From an uncultured Acidobacteriaceae bacterium (GTDB lineage Bacteria; Acidobacteriota; Terriglobia; Terriglobales; Acidobacteriaceae), in the NCBI GenBank assembly GCA_963775365.1, contig CAVZJL010000054.1, positions 41,151-105,150 on the forward strand: DNA of 64,000 nt, written 5' to 3'. How positions within the stretch are numbered: position 1 is the first letter of the stretch; each line of letters starts with the position of its first letter. The translations under genes and the position numbers were made by a program. Shown one piece after another: positions 9,281-22,299 of the stretch. Under the pieces are notes generated by a model. That model was not told where the DNA came from. It saw only the letters and a list, made by a program, of their open reading frames with translations, and searched no databases.

Positions 9281-11482
9281 CTACTCTTCGACATCCACAC
9301 GGGATTGGTAGTAGTCGTTATAAGCGCGGCCATAATACTCGGCGTAGTCAGACGATTGCAGGTCTACCGCGTTCAAGACCACTCCCAGCAGGTGCGCTCC
9401 GGAACGCAAGAGAATCTCGCTTGCCCTGGCGACCACGTTCCTGGTTGCCTGGCCATAGCGAAGAACCAACACCACGCCGTCACTTACGGAAACCAGAACG
9501 GCTGCGTCGGTCACCGTCAAAACCGGCGGGGTATCGATCAGGATGAAGTCGTAGCTGGCGCGTAAGCTCTCTACCAACCGCTGCATCTGCAGCGAACCCA
9601 GCAACTCGGCGGGCATAGGTGCAATGGGACCTGCGGGCAGAATGTGAAGAGCGGGCAGCGCCGATACAGGAACGATTGCTTCTTCCAGACCGGCTTTGCC
9701 TGTCAATACCGAGGTGAGCCCAACCTTATTGCCAATCCTAAACCGCAGATGGACCGATGGCCGCCTGAGGTCGGAGTCGATCAGTAGTACGCGAGCGCCA
9801 TTCAGCGCAAACACGATCGACTCCAACGTGGTGATCGACGTCTTACCCTCAGAGGGCTTGGCACTGCTGATCAGAATGACCTGGGGAGGTGTCCCGGCGC
9901 GGGAAAGGAGAATGGTAGTGCGCAGCGACCGGTATGCTTCAGCCAGCCGTGACCAGGCGCCGGGCAGGGACGAGGTAGCGTCCCTGACAAAAGTCTCCGG
10001 GGAGAGCTGCTTTGTGTCCACCTGCGGAACCACGCCGAGCATGGGCAGGCCAAGCCGCTCTTCAATGTCATAGATGGTTTTGATATTGGTATCCAGAGCT
10101 TCTACCAGGAAGGACAAGAGCAAGCCGATTCCCAGGCCGCAGAGCAGTCCGATCGTCAGGTTGACCGACTTGCGGGGAGAACTGGGGAAGTCCGGAGCAT
10201 CCGCGGGATCGATCTTCCGGATATTCGTCGAATGGAGACCGGCGATGATTCCCGCCTCCTGCAAGCGCTGTTGTAGTCCGTCGTACAGCGATCGATTGGA
10301 TTCATATTCCCGGCGGGCGAGAGAGTATTCCACGGCCTTGGAATTGCCCATATAGGCCGAATTTTTCTCCTGATCCAATCTGCGCTGCAGTGCGTCCTGG
10401 TTTTGTTTGGCCGCGTTCACCTCTTCCTGCGCCCGGGCGATTACCGTGCCTTGCTCGCGCTTAGTAGCCTCGGTGACTTCAGCGATCTCCGAGCGAAGCT
10501 CGAGCAGCCTTGGATTCTTATCGCCATACTTCGCGTTAAGGTTCGCATACTCGGCTTGAAGAGAACTCATCCGTTCCTTCAGGCTCATCAAAACAGGATC
10601 GCCGCTCAGGGTCGCCAAAACATCGGGTGGCGCGCTCTGCATGGTAACCAACTTGGCTTCCGCGACCAGCCGTTGCGATTCGGCCGCCGTTACGTCGTGG
10701 CCGATGTCCACCAGTCGGGAAAGCACGATGCTCTGCGTCTGGTCAATGCCAACCAGGCCGATATCCTTCTGCACCGTCAACATGTGCTCTTGGCTGGCCT
10801 CCAGCCGCTTCCTCAGGTCACCCAGTTGCCGTCCAAGCCAGTCCGAAACCTGTTGCGTGGCGGCGTAATTTTGACTGAAGTTGTGCTCTACGTAATTGGC
10901 AATCAGGGTGTTACAAATATCTGCTGCGAGTTGAGGATTGCGGGCGGTGTAACTTAGCTCGAGGATATTGGTGTGGCCATAGCGTTCCGCCGCGAGACCT
11001 CCTTCAAAGATCCCGATTAATGCGTGACGGTCGCGTATCCTCGACAGATCGAACACATAATTGGAGCCCGGCGGTAAAAAATCCTTGTTCTGGTCGAGGT
11101 GCAGCGACTCGATGGTCGCCATCGCCAGGGTCGAGCTCTTAAGAATCGCGATCTCGGTATCTAGCTTGGCGACGTCGATGTATCCGCTGTCATAGCCCCC
11201 GCCGGTATCCATCCGGAATTGATCGGCGGTGTCCTGGGTAATTTCAATGTTTGCCGAAGAGCGATATTCCTTTGGGCTTGTCGCATTTTCGATAAACCCC
11301 GCGCCTGTGCCGAGCAGAGCGCAGACCAACACCAGCCAGATATATTTCCTGCCAATGAGGAGGAAGTGCTGCAGGGTCTGGCCGTCGTTCAACCCGAGGG
11401 TAAGGAAGGAGCGCTCGGGTGTGCTAGGTTCACGATACTCGGGGAGTAGAACCGGTTCCGATGGTGGGGGATAGACACTCAT
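9281..11482 (-). CDS. polysaccharide co-polymerase / BY-kinase (Wzc/GumC-like tyrosine autokinase)
   Basis: 733 aa; N-terminal chain-length-determinant region with TM, coiled coil, second TM, Walker A SAKPSEGKTS, DSDLRRP, and C-terminal Tyr cluster SSDYAEYYGRAYNDYYQS. Confidence 0.85.
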   Translation of the reverse strand: MSVYPPPSEPVLLPEYREPSTPERSFLTLGLNDGQTLQHFLLIGRKYIWLVLVCALLGTGAGFIENATSPKEYRSSANIEITQDTADQFRMDTGGGYDSGYIDVAKLDTEIAILKSSTLAMATIESLHLDQNKDFLPPGSNYVFDLSRIRDRHALIGIFEGGLAAERYGHTNILELSYTARNPQLAADICNTLIANYVEHNFSQNYAATQQVSDWLGRQLGDLRKRLEASQEHMLTVQKDIGLVGIDQTQSIVLSRLVDIGHDVTAAESQRLVAEAKLVTMQSAPPDVLATLSGDPVLMSLKERMSSLQAEYANLNAKYGDKNPRLLELRSEIAEVTEATKREQGTVIARAQEEVNAAKQNQDALQRRLDQEKNSAYMGNSKAVEYSLARREYESNRSLYDGLQQRLQEAGIIAGLHSTNIRKIDPADAPDFPSSPRKSVNLTIGLLCGLGIGLLLSFLVEALDTNIKTIYDIEERLGLPMLGVVPQVDTKQLSPETFVRDATSSLPGAWSRLAEAYRSLRTTILLSRAGTPPQVILISSAKPSEGKTSITTLESIVFALNGARVLLIDSDLRRPSVHLRFRIGNKVGLTSVLTGKAGLEEAIVPVSALPALHILPAGPIAPMPAELLGSLQMQRLVESLRASYDFILIDTPPVLTVTDAAVLVSVSDGVVLVLRYGQATRNVVARASEILLRSGAHLLGVVLNAVDLQSSDYAEYYGRAYNDYYQSRVDVEE

Positions 11483-11950
11483 GTGTTTAAAAGTTCACCC
11501 AGTCGGCAAATCGAGGACAGCCAAAGGTGGAGCAGTGGAAGAACCGCTGGGAAGAACGGTCGACCGTCCCTCAACCTCTACCTCCAACTGCCCGAAAGTG
11601 GCCGGGTTTTCTCGCGAACCTTCGTGAGGCACGATAACTGTGACCTTATCGGCAGGATCAGAATGCTGTACCCAGCGGCCGCATTGCCAGACCGGGTATG
11701 TCTATTCTGGTACTCCCTTAGAATCCAGATTATAAAGTGCCGTAAGGTGGTTCACCAATCTTTCTCGCAGAGTGAACCAGTGTGACTAAACCCGCTTCCC
11801 GGCGGGAGGTGCAAGAACCCTCCGGATGCCCGTCCGGCGCACACTTGCAGCGCTAGAGCTTGAGTCAAAATGAGGCGTTCGCTGCCCTGGCGAGCGAGAA
11901 TTATTGACCTACTTTTCCTCAGCCGCTAGACACCCCACGGAACTCTGATC

Positions 11951-12086
11951 TCTTGAAAAGCCGCTGAAGAGCGCGGCTTTACAGCTTGCGGAAAACTCAT
12001 CGAACGAAGGGCAGGGCTTCAGTCGTGCTGTAAGAGGCAATACGCGAAGGACGGATTTAGAAGCCGCTGAGGTACGCTTTTCAAGA
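11951..12086. repeat. REP-like dispersed repeat (same family as 29541..29710)
   Basis: cgaacgaagggcagggcttcagtcgtgctgtaag ... gctgaggtacgcttttcaagac resembles acaacgaagggcacggcttcagtcgtgccgtcaa ... gctgaggcacctctttacaagac at 29.5 kb; flanked by tcttgaaaag / cttttcaaga inverted ends. Confidence 0.6.
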
Positions 12087-12175
12087 CTACTTGGCAGAAA
12101 TCACCCGCTATGGCAGCCGAAACACAATCGATACGGTGGATCCCCCTCGATAAACCTATGGTGCTCAACCTTTAA

Positions 12176-13045
12176 CTAGCTGCGACGCATGCGTGCCCGG
12201 ATCGCGGATTCGACCGCACCCGGATGGGTCAGAATTCGTTCAACCCGAAAGAGGTAAGCCCAGACTGTGTCTAACACCGTCCAACTGCGGCCGCGGGTCA
12301 CAGAAAACATACGATCCGCATCCGCCTTCATCATTTCGCTGTGCCGCCGCGAGCCGGTGATGGACTTCGCGTGCAGGCGAAAAAGAGCCAGATCCTGATC
12401 GAGATATTTGACCTTGGCTCCCTTGCGTACCATGTCTACGAGGAGTTCACCGTCCCAGCAGGAACGATTGTTCACGTTGAACCCACCCACGGCCTCAAAG
12501 GCCGAGCGCCGGAAAAACGTGGCCTGCTGCAGCCAGGTCGCGCCTCCGTAAAAATAGCGACCTAAAGTAAAGCCGGCCGCACGTATGCGTCGAATACGCT
12601 TACCCTGGGCATCGATGATAAAACCGTTGCCCATCACGATGTCGCAATCGGAGTCCTGTGCGAAGGCCTGGGCGACACTTCTCATCGCTCCTGGCAGCAG
12701 TACGTCGTCCGAGTTCAGAAATCCGAAGATATCCCCGGAAGCGTGCTCAAAGCCGTTGTTCAGGCCGTCAGCAGCTCCCTTGTCGGGTTCGAAAATGACT
12801 CGCTCCAACTGGCTCGCGAAGCTTTCGATAAGTTCCCGGCTACCATCCGTCGATCCAGGATCCACCACGATGTATTCGATCGCCGGGTAATCCTGTTTCA
12901 GCACCGAACGGAGGGCTTCCTCCAAATACTGCCGTTGATTGAAAGAGATGGTGACGACACTGAACTTCATCGGGAATTCGCTGCCACGGGCTCTTGGTGA
13001 GAGCCCGTCAGCCAAACGCGCTCCGCCGGTCGCTACTTGAGACAT
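12176..13045 (-). CDS. glycosyltransferase family 2
   Basis: 289 aa; KFSVVTISFNQRQYLEEALRSVLKQDYPAIEYIVVDPGSTDGS and FLNSDD (DXD); start may be the internal ATG at 12970. Confidence 0.85.
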   Translation of the reverse strand: MSQVATGGARLADGLSPRARGSEFPMKFSVVTISFNQRQYLEEALRSVLKQDYPAIEYIVVDPGSTDGSRELIESFASQLERVIFEPDKGAADGLNNGFEHASGDIFGFLNSDDVLLPGAMRSVAQAFAQDSDCDIVMGNGFIIDAQGKRIRRIRAAGFTLGRYFYGGATWLQQATFFRRSAFEAVGGFNVNNRSCWDGELLVDMVRKGAKVKYLDQDLALFRLHAKSITGSRRHSEMMKADADRMFSVTRGRSWTVLDTVWAYLFRVERILTHPGAVESAIRARMRRS

Positions 13046-13048
13046 GCC

Positions 13049-14263
13049 TTACCTTGTATAGAAGTATGCTTGCGTTGCGAATCCCACGGCGGCCGTCAAC
13101 GCTGTCTTTGAAGCCGCTTTGAGTGCGCTCGGCGGAATGAAGAGAATGTCGTCTGGTTGCATGGTGATGTCCACCGCCCGGCCGCGTAACACGTCTTCCA
13201 GTTTGACTTTTTGCACCACCCGCGTGCCGCCCTCCGCAGTCCTCAGCAACAGAGTTCGTTGCGACCAGGAGGAAGGTTTGGTTCCCTGGGCCAGTGCGAT
13301 CACTTCGGAGAGCGTGGTGTGATTGGACTCACACAACGGAAAAGCTCCCGGCCTGGTTACGTTGCCACCCACGTAGACCACGCCGCAACGGCTTACCAGG
13401 ATAGTTTCTCCGGTCTTGATCTCCAGTTCGGCATTGTCATTTTCCCGCAACGTCGGATCCCACAGAACTGTTTGCGGGTTTTTCATCGAACCCGAAGGGA
13501 AGATTTCAATTACATGTCCCGCCCGGTCGCTCACGCCGCCCGCTTGGGTGAGCATATCGATCAGGCGCTTCTTGCCTGCCAAGGCATAGATACCGGGGCT
13601 TTTCACTTCGCCCATCACGGTTACGTTGTAGCCGAATTGCTCAGTCGTGACAATCACGCGCGGGTCGCGCAGGATCTGCTGTTGTAAAAAAAGCCTCGCG
13701 ATCGCCGGCGCTGCCTCGATTGAGGTCATGCCCTCGATGTGGAAGAGGCCAGCGTAGGGAATCGCGATCTCGCCGGCAGGTGAAACCGGCATTCTTATCG
13801 AGTACTCCGGGGCATCGAATACCTGCACCTCGACGATATCTCCGGGGCGTATCGGTCCGTAGCCCAGTCCCGCACCAGAAGACGGACCGGTGGGGGTCGC
13901 ATATCTCGACGAGCGGGCTGCCGAGCCCGCGGGTGCGGTCGCCTGGGGAAAGATCGGCTCTAGCGGAGTTGCATTTGATGCGGGATTACTAGGCGCCGGG
14001 GTGATCGGAACTGGCTCTTGGCTTTGCGAAGACAGCCCTCCGCTGTCTGCAGCTTGTCCGTGCACCGGCGCAACAAGCATAGTAAGTTGCAGAATTCCTA
14101 GGGCAGCCACAACTCTGAGCGCTTTCCACCGGGCGAGTTTTGCACAACGCCCATCGGGGCTAACATCGATGGCGGTGGTGGCGCCCGCCATGGCCGGGCT
14201 AGTGATTCGCAAGACAGGCTGCATTGCTAAGAGCATTTCTCCTGTAGCAGTAAAAGTCGGCAA
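13049..14263 (-). CDS. polysaccharide export protein (Wza-like, Poly_export + SLBB)
   Basis: 404 aa; IRPGDIVEVQVFDAPEYS, later SLBB-like VTVMGEVKSPGIY and VYVGGNVTRPGAF segments. Confidence 0.8.
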   Translation of the reverse strand: MPTFTATGEMLLAMQPVLRITSPAMAGATTAIDVSPDGRCAKLARWKALRVVAALGILQLTMLVAPVHGQAADSGGLSSQSQEPVPITPAPSNPASNATPLEPIFPQATAPAGSAARSSRYATPTGPSSGAGLGYGPIRPGDIVEVQVFDAPEYSIRMPVSPAGEIAIPYAGLFHIEGMTSIEAAPAIARLFLQQQILRDPRVIVTTEQFGYNVTVMGEVKSPGIYALAGKKRLIDMLTQAGGVSDRAGHVIEIFPSGSMKNPQTVLWDPTLRENDNAELEIKTGETILVSRCGVVYVGGNVTRPGAFPLCESNHTTLSEVIALAQGTKPSSWSQRTLLLRTAEGGTRVVQKVKLEDVLRGRAVDITMQPDDILFIPPSALKAASKTALTAAVGFATQAYFYTR

Positions 14264-14382
14264 GCATGGTCACCGCACCCTTGTCGATAGACCACGACCG
14301 GCATTCGCATCGAGCCTACCCCATCACAGTAACAGGAGAAATGCCGGAAAACATTCCTGCACTTGGTGTGGAGTTCAACTCA

Positions 14383-14949
14383 TTACGTCTTGGGCTCGCG
14401 TCCGGCTCTCTGCTTTACTGGCCTCGCCGGAACTCCGGCGTAAACCGTCCACGGCTCCAAATCGTGTGTGGCTACCGAACCTAGGCCGAGCACCGCACCC
14501 TCGCCCAGGTTGACCCCGGGGCAGACAGAAGCACGCGCGCACACCCATGAGTAGGAGCCCAGGTTCATGGGGAAGGAAATAAGCGGGAACGACGGGTCGT
14601 TGTAGTCATGCGTGGCGCCGCAAACGTAAGCCTGCTGGGAAACGATGGCGTGCGATCCAAAGGAAACCGGTGAAGGGTTATAGATCTCCGCCTCGTCGCC
14701 TAGAGAAACGCCATCCGCGCACAGGAGATTCCAGGGGGCCCATATGCGAGACCTCGGATAAAAATGGCAATGCGGGCCCAGCCTGGCTCCGAAGCAACGC
14801 AGAAGAAATGCACGCCAGGAATGAAAAGGACGCGGTGAGGTGCGAAACAATAGCGTCCAGCATACGGACCATGCCAACCTGCGCATGCGGTTCGACAAGG
14901 AGAACGACGGCCTTAGGTAGGGGTCGACGGATTGGGCTGCTCGACGCAT
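14383..14949 (-). CDS. WcaF-like hexapeptide-repeat O-acetyltransferase
   Basis: 188 aa; WRAFLLRCFGARLG, then left-handed beta-helix repeats and GEGAVLGLGSVATHDLEPWTVYAGVPARP, as in colanic-acid WcaF-type enzymes. Confidence 0.8.
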   Translation of the reverse strand: MRRAAQSVDPYLRPSFSLSNRMRRLAWSVCWTLLFRTSPRPFHSWRAFLLRCFGARLGPHCHFYPRSRIWAPWNLLCADGVSLGDEAEIYNPSPVSFGSHAIVSQQAYVCGATHDYNDPSFPLISFPMNLGSYSWVCARASVCPGVNLGEGAVLGLGSVATHDLEPWTVYAGVPARPVKQRAGREPKT

Positions 14950-15276
14950 CGTTGCTTCACGATCAGAGCGGTGTCGTTAGGAAGACCGCGGGTCCCACTA
15001 TCACGCTACAACGCATTTCCGGTTGACCCTGGCGTTGACGAACCTTAGCCGGCTTTCTCATTGAAAAGCCGCACACACGGGCGTTGTGAGATCAGCCTAA
15101 CAGGAAATCCAGATGCGCTCCGGCCTCATGGCACGCTGGATGACATTACGCCAACTCCGGATTTTGCTTAGAGCTCGGCGGTCTCGACGAACATACCAGC
15201 TTGTCGTGGGACTGAAACCTACCGTAGTGATGGAGATAGTTGCGGTTATCCAGGGCCGGCCCGTGCCATGAGCGGC

Positions 15277-15924
15277 TCACTTTACCCGGATGAGTATTCC
15301 AAAGCTCAGAGTATAGGGCTTGAGCTTGGTGTCTACGTAAACGCCGGGTGCTCCGGGTATGAACCCTGGTGGATAATAGTGGTTTCCCAGGTCCCAAAGC
15401 TGATACTGGAAGTCGACCATACGAAAATTCAGGGTGCGATTCTTGTGGTAGTCCACGCCACCGCCGAACTCGTAGACAATGCTGTTGTCGGTTTGACCAC
15501 TCTTGTAGGTGAGATTTCCGGGGCCGATCAGAAAATCGCCATAAGGGCGAAATCGGCGGTAAATGTAGTGAAGTTCGGGGCCGAACACAAGAGTTCTTTG
15601 TTTTCCGAAAGTACCTGTGCTCCAGGTGAATCGAGCTCCCACCGCAGGCTGACCGAAGACAAACCGGCCCAGGCGGAAATCAGCCCCTCCAGCAAAGCCT
15701 TGATTCCAACCATTGGCATCATTGGTGTTGCTCGGGGGAGTAGCACCCGGCGGGTAGTCAAGGGTTGAGTTGAAGTCGGTTTTCACCAGGGTGTACAGCC
15801 CATAGACATTGATTTGACTTCCGCCGCCCTTGATCGCGGGTACCACCTGCGCATGAGATGCGTTCGGCAGTATGGCTCCCGCCACGAGAACTGCGAACAC
15901 TAGTGCTCTAGAGAGAAGTCGCAT
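15277..15924 (-). CDS. probable outer-membrane beta-barrel protein
   Basis: Internal ATG at 15924 gives a signal peptide MRLLSRALVFAVLVAGAILPNASHAQ; Gly/Tyr/Phe-rich alternating pattern afterwards. Confidence 0.45.
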   Translation of the reverse strand: MRLLSRALVFAVLVAGAILPNASHAQVVPAIKGGGSQINVYGLYTLVKTDFNSTLDYPPGATPPSNTNDANGWNQGFAGGADFRLGRFVFGQPAVGARFTWSTGTFGKQRTLVFGPELHYIYRRFRPYGDFLIGPGNLTYKSGQTDNSIVYEFGGGVDYHKNRTLNFRMVDFQYQLWDLGNHYYPPGFIPGAPGVYVDTKLKPYTLSFGILIRVK

Positions 15925-16736
15925 GTTAGCCGCCCGTGAAATCAAATGTTGATACCTTCGGTGTCTGGAGATATCCACCAGAAATCCAGGGCCGAGATGA
16001 CGCATTGCACTCCCTGGTTCAGGCTTCATCTCATCTTGCAGAGTACAGACACAAATAGAGCATGCGCTGCATCCACTCGTTTCTACCAAGTAACCTCTCT
16101 GGTTACAAATCCAACAATAGTTGCAGCGCTAGTACACATACTGATGCCCAAAGCGGCGGCTCACGGTTGCATCCCAATCCGGAACTGTATTAGGAAAACC
16201 CGCCCTTGAAGCCGAGAGAATCAAGCCCGTAGCAGGCCTTGGAACGCCAGTGCAATATGCGTGTATTTGCAACAGTATTCCTGCTAATGCACGTTCAGGG
16301 TAATCAAAAGCTACTCGTCTGTCCAGATGAGAAACAGTACTGACTCGGGACAGAACAGCGAAAACAATTAGCGCACGAGGTACCGTACCCATTAGCTGCA
16401 AACGCAACAGGGGTTCATCGTGGTAGGCTTTACACGCCAAGGGCTTGGAAGCAGTGACGGGTTCATTTTGCTTGCGGCACGATCAGCCGGAACCTTTCGG
16501 GGTAATAGCATGGAGAGCACTCAATACGCTCGGGAATCTGGCCGCGGTTAAGAGTGTGCAGTGGACCTTGAAGCGGGGTAGAGCGCTCCCCAGCCAATGC
16601 GAACGCATCATTGAGCGTCTCTCCTGTTACCGTGGTGCGGATGGTCCTCGACCACCCAATTAATTGGGCTCGCGTCAAGGTTCTCACGTCCATGTTCTCG
16701 CCCGGGACCAGTGGTCTAGGATCGTAAGCATCTGGA

Positions 16737-18374
16737 GTGTTCATGCCTAAGACTGCCATCCTCATTGGCGCCGGCCCTGCGGGGCTCACTGCCGCTCTGG
16801 AGTTTCTTCGCCGCTCCGATGTGCACCCTATCGTGCTCGAGGCCAGCCACGAGATCGGTGGCATTTCGCGCACCATCAGGCACAACGGGAACCGCATCGA
16901 CATCGGGGGGCATCGTTTCTTCTCTAAATCCGATCGAGTGATGAACTGGTGGATGGAGTTGATGCCGCCTGAGGCGAGTGCGGATACACAGCACGCTTTG
17001 CGTCACCAAAATAAGCAGCGAACCCTCAAGGTCAACAGTCAGGGACTTTCGCCTGAGACCACGGACCTGGTCATGCTGGTTCGCCCGCGCAAGAGCCGCA
17101 TTTACTTCCTGCGCAGGTTCTTTGACTACCCCATCAAGCTGACCGCGGACACGCTACGCAAACTCGGGTTGATCCGCACCCTGAAGATCGGTTTCAGTTA
17201 CCTGCGGGCCAGGCTTTTTCCGCGCAAGGTGGAGAAGTCGCTCGAGGATTTCCTGATCAACCGCTTTGGCCGCCAGCTGTACTTGACATTCTTCAAGTCT
17301 TACACCGAGAAGGTCTGGGGCGTTCCCTGCGAGGAGATCAGCGCCGAGTGGGGAGCACAGCGCATCAAGGGACTGTCGCTTACCACCGCCGTTCTCCATT
17401 TTCTCAAGAAGGCCTTCTCTGCGCGTAAGGACGAGGCCATCCAGCAGAAGGGAACCGAGACCTCGCTGATTGAGAAGTTTCTCTATCCGAAATATGGGCC
17501 CGGTCAGCTATGGGAACACGCCGCCGACCAGATTCGCAAGCCAGGGCGGAGAGATTCTTCTCGGGTGGCGCGCCACCCGTCTATTCGTCCAGGGCGATAA
17601 AATCACGGCCGTCGAGGCGGTCAGCGATAGCGGGGAGCGGCGCCGCTTTGCCGCGGACTATGTCTTCTCTACCATGCCGGTGCGTGAACTGGTCGATGCC
17701 ATGGATACCCCAATTCCCAGCGAGGTCCGCGAGGTAAGCGATGGTCTGCAATATCGCGACTTCATCACCGTCGGCCTCCTGGTCGATAAACTGACAGTAC
17801 GCGAGGCGGACGGAGGTCCGCTCAAGGACAACTGGATCTATATCCAGGAGCCGGATGTGCTGGTGGGACGGCTGCAGATCTTCAACAATTGGAGCCCCTA
17901 CATGGTTGCCGATCCGGCCAAGACCTGGATCGGGCTGGAATATTTTTGCTATCAGACGGACGCCCTGTGGAAAATGGCGGACGAGGAGCTGAAGAAGTTT
18001 GCCATCGCGGAAGTGGAGAAGATCGGGATTCTCCGGGCTGCCGACGTGACCGACGCCCACGTGGTGCGTGTCCCTAAGACCTATCCGGCCTATTTTGGCA
18101 CCTATGACCAATTCCAATCATCCGGGAATTTCTCGACCGCTTTCCGAATCTATACCTGGTAGGCCGAAATGGGATGCACAAGTACAACAATCAGGACCAC
18201 TCCATGCTGACCGCCATGACAGCGGTCGATAACATTATTGCCGGGATACAGGATAAGGAGAACGTCTGGTCCATCAATACGGAAATGGAATATCATGAGG
18301 AGGACGTAAAAAATGAGGCGCGGACCGCCGGCTCCCCCGCCCAGAACACAAAAAGTGTCAGGGCGATGGCTTAA
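16737..18374 (+). pseudogene. FAD/NAD(P)-binding oxidoreductase (amine-oxidase fold), two frameshifts
   Basis: [16 protein letters not shown] dinucleotide motif; pieces 16737..17600, 17470..18162 and 18174..18374 join as [14 protein letters not shown] and YDQF/IREFLDRFPNLYLVGRNGMHKYNNQDH if one base is removed/added at CC runs near 17541 and 18114. Confidence 0.7.
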
Positions 18375-18535
18375 CGTATTTGCCTTTGGGGAGTAGGAAA
18401 ACCGCCAGAGAGCGCCCCCAGGATAGCCGCTATCCAAGGTCCTTGTACCAATCTTGCACGATTTGAGTATGGCTTTCCCCCAAAGATCGTAGTTACATCA
18501 AGTCATTCGATGCCGAGGCGGATCCAGAAAACAAG

Positions 18536-19955
18536 ATGAGCGAATCCATTGCAATCACAGTAGTCGGATCAGGATACGTAGGTTTAGTGGCGGCCGCATG
18601 CTTTGCCGAGATCGGCCACCGGGTGTTGTGCGTCGACAACGACGAAGACAAGGTGAACAAGCTCAACCAGGGCGTGGTGCCTATTCACGAAGAGTTTCTC
18701 CCCGAACTGCTGGGCAGGCACCGGGCCAGCGGCCAGGTCCAGTTCACTACCGACCTTGGCCATGCCACGCAGGCGTCGCAGGTCATTTTCATCGCCGTAG
18801 GTACGCCGCAAAGCGAGACCGGCAACGCAGATCTGTCTTATGTAGACGCGGTGGCCAGCGAGATTGCCCGTTCGATTCACTCCTATAAGGTCATCGTCGA
18901 GAAAAGTACGGTGCCGGTGTACACCAACGACTGGATCCGGCGCACCATCGAACGCAATGGCGTTTCGAGGTCGCTCTTTGACGTGACTTCCAATCCCGAG
19001 TTCCTCCGCGAAGGCACTGCGGTCAAGGATTTTCTCCATCCCGACAGGATTGTTCTCGGCGCCGACAGCGAAGAGGCGGCGCGCCTGCTGGCCGCCATCT
19101 ACGAGCCGCTGACTTCAGGCAGCTACTACGAGCGTTCGGACGCCGTTCCCGGCCATCGATACGCAGCCGATCTTCCCCCTTTTCTGCAGACCTCGACCAA
19201 GGCGGCGGAGCTCATCAAGCATGCCTCGAATGCTTTCCTGGCCATGAAGATCTCCTTTATCAATGTGGTCGCCAACCTGTGCGAAGCGGTGGACGCGGAT
19301 GTGGAGCACGTCGCCAAGGGTATGGGCATGGACAAGCGCATCGGCAAGCGATTCCTGAGCGCCGGCATCGGCTACGGAGGCTCGTGCTTCCCCAAGGATG
19401 TCGCCGCGTTTCGCTATGTCGCGCAACAGCTGGGTATCGATTTCAGCCTGCTCGAGGAAGTGGAAAAGATCAACGAACTGCAGAAAGAGCGCTTCTTCCA
19501 GAAGATTCGCTCCGCATTGTGGACCTTGCGCAAAAAGCGTCTCGGCGTCCTCGGCCTTTCCTTCAAGGGAGGCACGGACGATATCCGCGAGTCTCCTGCC
19601 CTGGAAATCATCCAAATGCTGCTCGATGCGGGGGCTTCCATCTGCGCCCATGATCCGGCCGCCATCGAGCGCGCCAAGGTGGAGATGCCGCCCCACGCCA
19701 ACCTGCAATACACCGACGATCCCTATGCGGCCGCGGATAACGCCGACGCCTTGTTGATCCTCACCGACTGGGCCGAATTCAGCCCGTCTGGACCTCAAGA
19801 GGCTTCGCTATACGCTGCGCTATCCCATCATCATCGACGGCCGCAATCTCTTCGATCCCTGGGTCATGCAGGATCTGGGCTTCACCTATCTCAGCGTAGG
19901 CAGGCCCTCCCAGCACACCTCGGTCGAATCCGCATCGACCAAGCGTTGGCCTTAA
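18536..19955 (+). pseudogene. ugd: UDP-glucose 6-dehydrogenase, one frameshift near the 3' end
   Basis: VVGSGYVGLVAAACFAEIGH and GGSCFPKDV motifs; after the CCC run at 19783-19785 the shifted frame continues RLDLKRLRYTLRYPIIIDGRNLFDPWVMQDLGFTYLSVGR to TAA 19953-19955. Confidence 0.85.
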
Positions 19956-20051
19956 AGCATTTCGCTACTCGTGTAAACCGGGGAAATGAACCCGGCGCGG
20001 CCATTCCGGCAAAGGATGGCCGCGGGTAATTTGAACTCGAATCAACTCTAG

Positions 20052-21026
<975 letters not shown>

Positions 21027-21202
21027 GTGTTCGGCCTCCATTACAATCCAGGGGGACTTCGCAGGATGCCCGTCTTTCGCCTACAGCAATTTTGTTTTGT
21101 TGTTTGCAATACAACGGCTTCCGACGCGGCTTTCCTTCAAGAGAAGTCGCGCTGCGCCTAACCCGACTGGGGCAGAGTAGAAGTGAAATGCTCCGGAGGT
21201 GA

Positions 21203-22299
21203 GTGATGCTCAACGATTTGTCGCCCATTCTCGTAACCGGCGGAGCCGGGTTCATTGGATCGAACTTCGTTCTGGACTGGCTCGCCCTGGTGGGCACGCC
21301 GCTGGTCAACCTCGACAAGCTCACCTATGCGGGCAACTTGCAGAACCTGGCGTCGATCGAGCAACATCCTGCCTACAGCTTCGAACAGGGAGACATCTGC
21401 GACCAGCCCTTTGTTGACGGCTTGTTCGACCGCTACCAACCCCGCGCCGTTCTCCACTTCGCTGCTGAGAGCCATGTGGACCGTTCACTGACCGGGCCAG
21501 AGGCGTTTGTGCGCACCAACGTTGACGGCACCTTCCGGCTGCTCGAAGCCTCCCGAAGCTATCTGGCAAAACTCGCAGCGGGGGACCGGCAAAAATTTCG
21601 TTTTCTGCATGTCTCGACCGACGAGGTGTATGGCACGCTCGTCCGCAGGATCCGCCCTTCGAGGAGACCACCGCCTACGCCCCCAACAGTCCCTATGCCG
21701 CTTCCAAGGCAGGCTCCGATCATCTGGTGCGCGCCTACGTTCACAGCTATGGGTTGCCCGCGGTGACCACCAATTGCTCCAACAACTACGGCCCCTTTCA
21801 GTTTCCGGAAAAGCTTTTGCCCCTGATGATCACCAATGCCGTTGCCGGCAAGCCGCTACCGGTCTATGGGGACGGTCGCCAGGTGCGTGATTGGCTCTAT
21901 GTGGGGGATCACTGCTCAGCGCTGCGGGCGGTGCTGGAGCGCGGTGAGATCGGCGAGACCTACAACATTGGTGGCCGTAATGAGCAGGCCAACCTTGACA
22001 CAGTGGAGCTGCTCTGCAGCCTGCTCGATGAGATGCTGCCCAGGTCGCCACATGTGCCTCACCGCAATCTGGTCAACTTCGTGACCGACCGGCCTGGTCA
22101 TGATCGGCGCTATGCCATTAACGCGGCGAAGATCGAACGTCAGCTAGGTTGGCGTCCCGCCGAAACCTTTGCTACCGGATTGCGGCGCACGGTGCAGTGG
22201 TATCTCGCGCATCAGGATTGGGTGCAAGAGGTGACCAGCGGCGCCTATCGTCAATGGATCGATCAAAATTATGCCCACCGTGGGGGCGCCAGGCGATGA
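21203..22299 (+). pseudogene. rfbB: dTDP-glucose 4,6-dehydratase, one frameshift
   Basis: [24 protein letters not shown], then in the next frame [30 protein letters not shown]; break near 21641; ATGA overlap with rfbA. Confidence 0.85.

Noticed and set aside
11483-11785. 100-aa plus-strand ORF in the wzc/GT2 spacer
   Set aside because: The composition is not protein-like, and the region contains REP-like repeats and is more likely a promoter or leader.
16129-16903. ORFs 16129..16440 and 16463..16903 (minus strand) in the 650-nt gap before the oxidoreductase gene
   Set aside because: They have no recognisable motifs, poor start context and an overlap with the 16737 gene. They could be a decayed gene, but I cannot support a call.
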